Below, in pieces: positions 11,430-22,600 of a stretch of 64,000 nucleotides of DNA (positions are counted from its first letter, which is position 1; every line of letters starts with the position of its first letter). Source of the stretch: Marsupella aquatica. Taxonomy: Eukaryota; Plantae; Marchantiophyta. The notes beneath the pieces were generated by a model. The model did not search any database and was not told where the DNA came from. It saw nothing but the letters and a program-made list of their open reading frames with translations. The translations under genes were made by a program, and so were the position numbers. The stretch is from contig OZ316898.1 of NCBI GenBank assembly GCA_973895155.1, forward strand, positions 17,350,752-17,414,751, in the 5' to 3' direction.

Positions 11430-14400
11430 TCATACCATTGTTTGAAGATACTGATCCAATGCATGTCTATCTATTGGATCCAAGACATAGATACGATCCA
11501 TAACCCCTTCTTTCATGGTTAAGCTAACACTAGCAATGACCATTTCAATATCCATCCATTTCAAATCAGTGGTATCATATCTGAATTCACTTTTTCTCTT
11601 ACCAATAGGACTATACCAATTTAACAACAGTTCACAAATGCTACCTGATTGCCCTGCAAGTGGAGTGAGCCTATCCATCAAATCAATTGGTGTCCGACAA
11701 TTGCCCCACCTACTACCATACTTTTGTCTCATTTGGACAATCCGACCCAACCAAAAATATTTCTTACCTGCTGAGATTGCCTCCACCGCAGCCTTATTCT
11801 TTTCTCCCTTTTTTTTCCAGATCTAGTACTTGGAGCAGGATTATCATCAGACTCAAATGCAATTGCACAATCAGTGCCAACATCAACAAAACATGAGTTA
11901 GGATTGGCTTCTTGCACTTTTCTCTTGCCAGTACTATAGTATAGCACTTGTTTCACCCTTGTCAGCCTATCTTTTGACAAATGTGGATTGCCTACCAGTT
12001 GGCTTACCAGAGTGGATTTGTAAATCACCTTGCCTTCATAAGTAACAGTAGGCACTACCTTGGTACGATTCTGCACATTAGTTACAGCATGGACAACTGA
12101 TCCAAACACATGCCGAACTTCATGGCCTAATGTCTCAAGCTCATCTGTGGGGTCTACATCAAACTGTATATCATCTCTGTGTACATCATCTGAATGCATG
12201 TCAGGAATAACAATGGGATCTGGTTCTGTTAACCATGCATCTATTCTATTCAGATCATCCTCAGGATCTTCCAATTCATGAAATTCTCCAGTTGGGCGAA
12301 GGCCTATGTCTGGTGGTTGGTGCTCTACTTGCTCCTCAGAATCATTGCAAACAATTGCTTCCTTCAGAACCACCTCTAGTGGCCAGGTCTCACTTTCCAC
12401 AACCCAAGGACATGTCCACCATCTCTTTCTAGCTGCTGGTAAGGAACTTCGTGGAGACATCTGCAATCGATGCATAAGATCCTTAGCAGCAACAAAACCT
12501 TCTTTAAGGGCTGCAACCACTAATTCATTAGTCTCAATGAGAGAATAGTCAAGTAGATTTGGTGCTTCTTCCCCTTCCCCTATAGGATGAATCTTCCCCC
12601 ATACATGATCTTGCTTCTTATGTAAACGACCTATCTTCAAGCCTTCTGGTCCATATTCCAGGGCAGCAAGCCGATTCAGTCCAACAACACTATCCAACAG
12701 AGAGCCAAAATCATAATTTCGCTCATGGCCACTCATGCCTCCTACCTTGCTGAAGAAAATCTCACAACAATCCGAACCTAACAAGTGAAAAGGAACACCT
12801 AGATGTGGGAACTTATCTCGAAAGACACAAATTAACAGCACAATGAAATGACATGACATGTTAACATCATGAAAGGCCTGAATAGACATCATGTCTTTCT
12901 CAGTGTGTGCTGCAAAGTTCCCACCCACTGAATGGTCACCAAACCTCAACCACAATCTCCACAAACGTAGAAAGAACGAAACCTTGGATGCTAACACAAT
13001 ACGGGACCTCAAGTCATGAACTGGAGAAAAGAAAATATCTAAGTAATCTGCACAAATCTCCAAGTACAACTGAGTTCCTAAACTTCGTTCATGTCGTACA
13101 TCTCTCCTCTCATACATATCTTTCAGACATTGCTGCACTCTTCTTGCTGCTATTCGTTGTGGACCTGCCCAATTCTGCCGGTCAGTCCTATTCACATCAT
13201 CCCAAGCCATGCCATGTTCATGAATTGGATAATGATTGTAGACATTAGCTACATAAGATAAAGATGCATGTTGATCTCCTAGCACCAGTAAAAAAGACAC
13301 TTTGTCTAAGGGGTTTATCATCTTTTTCCCATTATGAGGTTGGTCTTGGTCACCAAAGCCATACAAATCCCCATTTGGTAGAATTGAAACAGAGTAAGCC
13401 CACCCTTCCCACCCAACTCCGTACCTTGGGTATGATCCATTCTGCCCTCTGTAATCTTCCAGCATCAACTTTCGGCGACGTGCATCACCATCACTAGCAT
13501 GTCCAAGCAAAGGGCCTACCATAGCTCTACAATATTCATCCCAAAAAGCCTTTAACTGGACCCAATGCTCTCGTACCCAAGAAGTTGTGAATTTATTACA
13601 AGTTGGAAGTGCACACACAGCCAATTTAGGTAAGGACTCATGCAGAGGATTCACAATCACAACTCGAGCATACATGCACTTGGGGCATTGTTCAAATGTA
13701 CTTACAATTTTATCATACCCCTCATCACCTTCACCAACTAGAATTTCCAAACCATAGGAGCATACATGCTGCTCCGAAGGTCCATAGAAACCAATGAGAG
13801 TATCATACTTTGCCTCCCACCTGAAACACAAACATGCAATTTTTCAATATCACAGCAATTCCAGCCAAGTGCTACTTGTAAAGTCATTAAAAAAACAATT
13901 GGAAAAATGTCCAGTTCCAATTACCTAGGGCGTTCTTTGATCCTTGTTTCATCCTCAGCAAAGATAACAGGCACATCCCCCTCAATGCCCAATGAGTGCT
14001 TTGCAGCAGACAACACTCTAGCAATCTCCTGAAAGGTTTCCTTTCGTAACCCAGTTCGAAAAGGTGTGAGTTTTGCTCTATCACGTTTTAGGGTCACAAG
14101 GCTAGGGGCTGTCAAGTTTCATGCAAAACAATGAGCAACTTGACGGCCCCCAAATTGGAACATAGCCTGAGCAATAGCTCGAGTCCTATTACTGTAACGA
14201 TTACCTTTTGGCTTCCTGCCTAAATTGCGAGCTACATCCTTCAAGAAATCCCACAAACCCTCCTTACCACCAAATGCACCATTCCTGTGTCCATTCAAAA
14301 TACTCCTAAGAAACAATCTCAAATCCTTCCTGTCTGCTGCAACTCCTAACAACTCCTCTAGTTTTCTTTTCCTGGTGCTCAAGGCACATACTTTCTGAGC

Positions 14401-15027
14401 CTGCAAAGCTAACAACCAATGCTTTTTTTGTCGCACAGAGTTCAGCTTGTGCACTTGATCTCTTAACTCTGGGTTGGTCAAATAATCCAATCGTATACCA
14501 CCAGCAATGGTTTGGCTCCCTCTGTGGACTACTGCTTCCGCTTCCCTGTGCACCCGTCCACGAAAATCATCTTCTAGTGTTATAGAATCACATTCACTAC
14601 AAGTTAGATTTTCAAATCCTCCTCCATTCTGTGATAACCTCAAGCAATCCTTGTGTCTAAAACAACCTGCTATACTCACAACACAGTCTCTTCTTGGATG
14701 GAAAACATCCAAGCAACAACTTGGCTCACAATGCCATGTAATTCCCCCAGACTGATCATCCAAAATGCCGGCAATATCATAAGATATACCCTTCCATAAC
14801 ACTCGAGGCACACCTCTCTCTACCCATAATCCCCAGCAAAGCAAACTCAGACCAAGATCAACAGATTCACACACACCTGAACCTAAACCTGAACTGCTGC
14901 CTGTTCGGGACCCATCATCTTTAAAGAACTTCAAAATCCCGCTCTGACCAGGATGTAGGTCCCTAGAATCCAAGAGCACTTGATTGCAGCAACAGCGTAG
15001 CTCAGCTCCGGACCGGATTGCAGGCAA
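11430..15027 (-). pseudogene. P-element/THAP9-like DDE transposase (>1100 codons reconstructable), with one nonsense codon and one frameshift
   Basis: Motifs in P-transposase order: PSLVTLKR; AEDETRIKERPR|WEAKYDTLIGF (first D, joined across GT-AG intron 13924-13821); ASDGD (second D); DQPHNGKKMINPL (DxxH..K); DRQN; GSDCCEIFFS (E). In-frame TGA at 14119-14121; frameshift near the T-run at ~11810. The true start is not resolved. Confidence 0.8.
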
Positions 15028-15359
15028 TGCAACTCACAGATTGCAACACAATGCAGCCCAGCTCAGGTTGCAGCCTAGTAACCAGATTGCAGCCCAACTC
15101 CCAACCCGATCGCAACCCAACTCCCAACCCGATCGCAGCCCACCTTGTAGCCCACCTCGCAGCCCAACTGCAACTGATTGAAAGCACTTCATCTCAATCA
15201 GCAAAAAGTGAAAAGCACAAACAAAGCAAGCAACTTACTTCCTCTTGACTAAGCCTACGAATTGGAACATGACTTCAATCCATAGAAAGCCTGATTGTCA
15301 AAGCAAGAAATGAAGAGCACTCCCATACCAGAGTTGATAGAGCAGCACTCTGTTTGAGC

Positions 15360-16450
15360 AAGCAGCGTAGCACTTGCAACCCTCACAGCGGAGCACTCCG
15401 ACCCTAGCTTGCCTCCCTCACAGCGCAGCACTCACCTCCTTCGCAGCGCAGCACTTCCCTTGATCATAGTGCAGCACTCACCTCTGTCGCCTCCCTCGTA
15501 GCGCCTCCCTTGCCTCCCTCACAACACAGCTTTTGCCTCCCTTGTAGCGCCTCCCTTATAGCGTAGCTTTCGCCTCCCTCATAGCGCCTCGCTCGCCTCC
15601 CTCACAGCACAGCTTTCACCTCCCTCGCAATCCTCACAAAGCAATAGCTCCCGGCAGCAGTGCAAGAGTGGAACACTCAGCACTCACCATCCTCGGCTCC
15701 CTTGACTCCCTCGCAACAGCTCATGGTGCTGCGCAACACTAGCTTTGGACCACACTCCCGTTAGCAGCGCAGGCAACACTCCCTTTGGAGTTTAAAAAAA
15801 ATTACCGACATTGCTATATGGTCCACCAAGCTCCAGCCACCAAGCCAGCAGCCACCAAGCTCGGGAGCCTCTATCGATCGCTCCTAGCCTCCAGCACGCG
15901 AGATCAGACAGCGAGCTTCCACCAAGCTCCAGCCACCAAGCTCCAGCCACCAAGCCAGCAGCCACCAAGCTCACGAGCCTCTATCGATCGCTCCCAGCCT
16001 CCAGCTCCCAAGCCCAGCTCGCGAGATCAGACAGCAAGATCAAATCAGACGAGCAGCATCGAGAGTGAAGACGAAATCAAATCAGACGAGCAGCATGAAG
16101 TGCAGTCCACCAAGCTCGCGAGCCTCTATCGATCGAGACAGCGACATCAGATCGAGAGCCGCAACCGCCCTTTGCCCCCTTGGATTTGATCGTCTAAACC
16201 CCAGCCCTTCGCGAGCCCTTCCAGCCGTTTTCCAGCCCTTCCCCAGCCCTTCGCAAGCCCTTGCAGCCCTTCGCCAGCCCTTCCCCAGCCCTTCGCCCTT
16301 CGCCAGCCCTTTGACCTGCGCCAGCCCCTTCTCGTCGACCCCTTGCCCTTCGCGAGCCCTTCCCCTTGCCCCCACTGCATTGGATACCCCTCACATTGGA
16401 TACCCATCCCCTTGCCCCATTGCATTGGATACCCCTCCCCTTGCCCCATT
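15360..16450. repeat. C-rich short degenerate tandem repeats in the 5' region of the P-like element
   Basis: Repeated GCCTCCCTC, CCACCAAGCTCCAG, CAGCCCTT and TTGGATACCCC units; these explain the many overlapping low-complexity ORFs. Confidence 0.8.
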
Positions 16451-17002
16451 GCATAGGGAACTTTTTTATCTCCCGCATAGGACAAAATAACTTTTCATGT
16501 TCCAGGATGAGTATGCTATATGGACAACGTCAAGGCAAGGAATGAACTGGGCTTGGCCAACAAAGAGTGGAGGGAAACAGTCGCCCTAACATGGGACATA
16601 TTCAAAATGGTCCCGGGCCCCAAAACCCTAGACATGTGGCCAGGTCCTTGAAAGCCGGCCCCACTCACGTATATACCCCATCCAAAATTCTTGCCACCTC
16701 AAATATGTGGACTACCCGATTGAGTAGCCCCTAATTTGAAATGAGTGCCACGTGGCCCAATCCCATAGTGACACGTGTATACTCTTTTTTCTTGTAGCAT
16801 ATTACCCTATCTTTCCTCAACCCATTCCATGGAAGTGGACCCCCAAAAAAAAATCCTATCATTCTTTAAAGTGTGTTTATGAATAAATTGGACCCTATTG
16901 TTCTTACACAAATCTTCTTAAGTCTTTCCTATAATCTAATAAATGGACCCTATACTTTCTCGCACGTGATGTGCTGTTTTCACGGAGTGAGACCCCCGAG
17001 GT

Positions 17003-18279
17003 CTAAGGTACTCCATAGATACGTAGACTTGTTTGCTCCTTCCAGCTTGTGGTACGATCCACTAATACTCGTGAACGAGAGGGTCTATCGCGAACAGCTG
17101 TGTTTACTGCTCGATGATCACGAACCTTCCAAATATGTCTCCTAATATTTTCATTCCAGTCCATAGCAGTACAACATAAACGCGCATCGTGAGTGGCTGG
17201 AAAATGAATACGCTTTATGGCATACTTGCCCATTACAGAATGGAATGTTTTAGACATAAAGTTCTCACGAGCCATGGTATAAAATTGCATTTTTTCTGGC
17301 TTTATGTACTTGGTCATGAAAGCTTTCATGGCCTTGTGAGTTTCTCCATCTGCATTCCAAAAGAAAAACTGGTTATTTATCTTATAATCACTATGTCATG
17401 CAACATCCAAAACATAATATAAATTTGTCTCAATGTAAAATCAATGAATATTTGCAGCACGGTATATGTTTGACCTCTCTCATAGTACAAATCCAGTTGT
17501 AAAGCATTAGGTTCTCCAAGATGCTGACAAGGTCTATCAGATAGTGTCATGCACTTTTCATGGTCACCAGCCCAATGATCTGCACAATTCCCTAACTCAA
17601 AAGCCAAGGATTCACTGTCTCCACTCATGCATTGCAAAGTAGTGAAAAAACAAGTTATAAACATGCTATAAATTAAATTTCATCTACAAAATATCTATCA
17701 AGGTATTCCAAGGATTATATAAATCAAGGCAGCATTTCAAGCAATCTGCAAAACTTTTGTAATATGGCACTGTACCTGTTTTTACATGTTCTGGAACACA
17801 CATAGAACCAGGTCTTAAATTTGTTTGCCAAATTATGCTCCGCTAACTCTGGAAACTTGAGACCACGGGTGGCAATGGGTACAAGCTCCTCCTCAGGAAG
17901 CCCACGCAAATCCGCAACTCGATGAATTAACGCTTCCTTTCTCAAGTTAGAGTAGCCTCTAATACCCCTATCCTTCAACTAGTCTTTCAATTTTTTATTT
18001 GTAACTCCTTGCAAATCAAAACGGGATGTCACAGTGTCTATGTCGACAGTCAGGGTAAATGTGGCACTTGCCAACTTGTCCACAAATTTTCTCACCAAAT
18101 TTTTAGCCTTGTGCCATAAGTTTTTCTGATTTATAAATCTCATGTCCTCAATGATTCTATCTATGGTACTTTTATCATCATGGATAACCTCTTTGATAAC
18201 CACTCCTGCTTCCGTGAGACTATCTAGCACCCTCTTTGCCCCTATTTCTTCCATGTACCAAGAATTATTCTCCTCTCTT
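17003..18279 (-). pseudogene. Kolobok-type DDE transposase, 3' half, degenerate and intron-containing
   Basis: NSWYMEEIG, VIHDDKS, (D>N)LWHKAKN, NCADHWAGDHEKC and MS(E>K)TFHSVMGKYAIKRIHF...ARLCCTAMDWNEN match Kolobok motifs (S..ME..G; D.WH..K; H....H..C; E.FHS...Y.PKR..F...AR..A.D.NEN). In-frame stop at 17979; cut at 18279 by an LTR insertion. Confidence 0.75.
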
Positions 18280-19697
18280 TGTCACGTCGTCAGTCTAGGC
18301 CTTAACCCGGGCTTCGGCTTAGACAGGCACATCCTTCGTCAAAATGAGGGTTCGGGCAGGGAGGGATGCACGGAATGCACCTAAATCACGTAAACTAGCG
18401 CTAAGTGCGCCTATGGTCATATACGGACACCTCCTAGGTATGATTTGTGTTTCACCGCCGGAACGTACCTCAGTCGATAGCAGGATCGACCCCGACTTAC
18501 GGGCTTCTAAGCCTTCGTGTTGTCCGCCTTCGAACCGGATTTGATGGTATGGGTACTAAACCCTGGCTCGCAACCACTTACCCGCAAGCTGCACCCCGTG
18601 CACGACTTGGGTAGTGCGTTTGGCCAAGCGTTGGCACCTATACACGAGATTCACACATATACATACGCACAAGCATACAATCTCGATTTACACAAAGGAA
18701 ATAGTGGGAAAGGATTTTACTACATAGGAGACATATGCGTACACTTAGTTGACCCGAAAGCCCTGGAATGAACAGGTCCGAGGCCGAGGGTGTACACTAC
18801 AACGGAGCCCGGCTCTGCACTCGCCCAACGAGCTTAGTCCTACACCCTCCCCTTGGTACTCTTTCACTCCCAGAGGTCGGGACTCCCCGCACATACCGCG
18901 GATGTCCAACACTGAGACTAAAAATCCCCCCTGCCTCTACCGAGGGGTGCACTAAATACTAAGGGCCGAGGAACGGAGTGCCCTCGCGCCCAAAGATCTG
19001 CTAACTAAGGTCCTAACTAAGCTGGCTGTCAGGCCGGTCTTATTAGAAGATCCTAATCTACGCAGGTTGTACAGCATGGCAGTGCTGCGCTAACTAGGGC
19101 AGGTGCTTGTCCCTATAGCCTAATTGAGCTATTCCTAACTCTACTCTAATCCTACTCCGCAGCTAATGCCTGGCACGCTTGCCAGAGCCGCCTGAGTGGG
19201 AACGGCTATCCCGCTGCCTTCTGAGCCTGTCGGTGTCCTGCTTGAGTAGTTGGACCTGGTCCAGCAGAGATTCATTTTCCCGCTTTGCCGCGTCTGCCTC
19301 TTCCGCGGCCTCCTGGCATGCCTCCTCCAGTTGCTGGGTGTTGCTTGTCAGCTTGTCCACCAACTGGGCCTGTTTCGTGGCTTCTCCTTGAAGCCGTGCC
19401 ACCTCTGCCTTCAGGGTGTCAATCTCGGCTGTGTCCCGTTGAGACCTGGAGTCAGCTTCCTCCAGATCCTTCTACCAACTGACGGCTTGCCCCAGCAAAC
19501 CGTCAATCTTGGTTCAGAGCCGTGCAATCTCGGCGTCCTTTCCGAGCCTGGCCTGTACTGCCAACGCTGCTTGGGCTCATTGAGACGCATGAGGCTCCGG
19601 CGGTCGAAACGAGCGTACCACTCAAGGATGATTTCGACGTGGCTAGCGAAGTACGCCCTCCCACCAAGGTACAAAGTCTTCCTTCTTCGCTCCATCT

Positions 19698-22600
19698 CAC
19701 TAGTAGAAAATGGGGCCTTTTATGACTTGGGCACATATGACTTATGTGCCTAAATGACAAAATATTTCAATGACAGGACATGAATGACAATTAAATGACT
19801 GTCTAAAATGACAGAGTGAAAAAAATGACTAATAATTGCAAGAGAGTCATTTTCACCAATGAGTCAAATGACTTTGACTGCTATAATGACAACACTAATG
19901 AATTATGGTCATTTTGGATAGTCTCTGTGAATGACACAATGGACAAAAACCCTGTCATATCAGTGTTTTACTTCTGGAAAGTCATTTTGGACGACGGTGA
20001 CTAATGACTAGGAAAACAAATATGCAAATATCAGTGTTTAAAAATGTTAGTAGTCATTTCAACCACAAGTGATAAAATGACATGATAAAAAAATATGACT
20101 AAATATTTTGAGGTTTAGCGTTTAGGGTATGATTAGACATCTAACATGTATGGTAGTATAAAGATTGGTGGCACTCACATATTGGATTTGAAATACACTT
20201 CTAGAGACTTAAAAAATATTGCTTTTATTTTGAGTTGCATCCTTGATGTACAACTCAAAGGCTCGATCATCTCTAATATGTATTTATACTTGCACCCATT
20301 TTTTATATATCTCCTATATATGCCAGGGACTCCAAAAATGTAATTAATTACCATTGATTTCCTTAAGTTGTATTCACATTCACATATTGGCGTACGGGGG
20401 TATGCAAGGTTGCCAAATAACACTTTGTGGCATAAAATAGGGTTTAGGGTCTAGATGCCTATATTTGCTCATGATGTCATTTTTTCCAGTCAATCGTGTT
20501 ATTTGCAACCCTAGGGAATCAATTAGTGTAAACAACCCCTAAAACATGTGAGAATAAACCAATAAAATTTGGGAAAATATATTTAATAATAAATTTAATT
20601 AAAAACACCCTTATAACCTTTATTATAAGACTTTGGCAAATTTTTAAATACATTGATGAATATAAAAAAACAAATTTTACCAAAATTGGATTTTTAAATG
20701 CCTTTAGTAGAAGTGTTATATTATAATTATTATCCCTACAAGATTGAAAATTAACCTTCATTAATTTGGTTGCAGCCCGTTCTAATAATCCAACAAGTGA
20801 TTCCCCAGGGATTTGCAAAGGCTTCCAAGTCATTTTTGCTTTCACTCAACTTTCTAGTCATTTGACAAGTGCTGCTAGACATCATTTATGCATCATTTGG
20901 GCAGTCAATGTTGTGGTCATGTATGCCATGCACAATATGACTACTAAGAGCTTTAGGTGGCTGATTGCCTATATTGGTGATAAGGGCCGGCCATTAAGGA
21001 TGCTATCCACCCCACATGGTGCAAGATAGGGTACTTGTCAACCCTGTGCCACTAATCATGTCACTTTGCCTCCTGAAGGTTTTTGTAGTCAACTTTTTGC
21101 ACCAAGCAAGGGCATCACCCAACTTTGGGCAAAACTCTCCCAAGTTGTATGACTTTGGAGTGATTTGCCCAAAGGGCTGCAAACAACTCCCATTTAGTCA
21201 TTCACAAGGGATTTAGAGTCATTTGTGCGAGTGACTAAGGGTTTTGGTCATTTATGTAGTGTTGGAAGATGTCAATTATGCAAATGACACAAAAATATGT
21301 CATTGATGATGTCAATGTTGCAGTCATGCATGCTATGGGTAATATGACTCATTGAGGCTTCCCGGGGCTGGTTGGCCATATATGCGTGATTGTAGCCCAC
21401 CAGTAGGGATGCTACCCACCCCCACATGGTGCGGGATAGTGTAGTTGTCAACCCTGGGCCACTAGTCATGCCACTTTGCCTCCTGAAGGTTTTTTGTAGT
21501 CAACTTTTTGCACCAAGCAAGGGCATCACCCAACTTTGGGCAAAACACTTCCAAGTTGTATGACTTTAATGTAATTTACCCAAAGGGGTCCAAATCATTG
21601 GCATTTTGTCATTTGCAAGGATTTAGAGTCATTTGTGAGTGTGACTCAATATTTTGGTCAATTTCGGAGTGCAAAGAGACGTCATTTATGCAATTGACAT
21701 GACAACACGTCATTTGGGATGTCAATGTCATGGTGATGTATTTCATGCTGAATATGACTCATAAGGGTCTGGAGGGGATGATTGGCAATATTGGTGGTAG
21801 GAGGCGGCCATTAAGGATATTGCATAGCCAACTTTGCCTCCACAACCATTTTTGAAGCCCAGTTTCTGCCACATGGAATAGAATCACTCTACTTTTGGAA
21901 AAACACTCCCAAGTTGTATCACTTTGGAGTGACTTGCCCAAAGTGGTACAAAACACTCTCATTTTGTCATTTGCAGGGGATGCAAAGTCATTTGTGCATT
22001 TGACTCAATTTTGTCATTTGTTGAGTGCTGCAAGAAGTAATTGGAGCAAATGATTATCATAATGGCAAGAGTCATTTACCGTGTTAACCCCCAGGTCAAT
22101 GCTGTCAAGAAAAGAAGACTGGACTTTGGGGAGATTTTCACAAGGTGGTGCCAGGTGCTTTTATTTGGTCATTTGTAAGAATTTTTGAGTCATTTGTGCA
22201 TGTGACTCAATTTTGTAGTCATTTATCAAGTCTCCTGAGACGTCATTTTTGTGAATGACTGCAAAAGGAGTCATTTGATAAGTCAATGCCTTTGTCATTT
22301 ATGCACATCACAATATGGCTTTGCCCCTGACTGCATAATTATTGGCGATAAGGGGGTACGCCAGGGTGGGTGCAAGCCCTACATTAAGGAGGGTGCAAGC
22401 CCTACATTAAGGATGCCACTCACCCCACATGGTGTGGGATAGGGTTACATTGTCTATTCACCCTGGTCCCCTCCCACCTTGCATTTATTTTGGAGGGTTG
22501 GGGGGTATTTAATTTAATATATTCTTTTGAAGGTGGGTTGAATCTTATCTGGTTGGGGCAAATTTGATATATTTAACTTAGCTACAATTGTGGGAATGTC

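Larger units (their letters stand above)
10813..17000 (-). mobile_element. Full-length P-element-superfamily-like DNA transposon (6188 bp)
   Basis: Perfect 15-bp TIR CTCGGGGGTCTCACT at both ends; perfect 8-bp TSD GTCTAAGG (10805-10812 and 17001-17008); encodes a P-type DDE transposase. Confidence 0.92.

Noticed and set aside
15785-16490. Cluster of overlapping 85-141 aa ORFs on both strands
   Set aside because: They are by-products of stop-poor C-rich tandem repeats; the translations are low-complexity.
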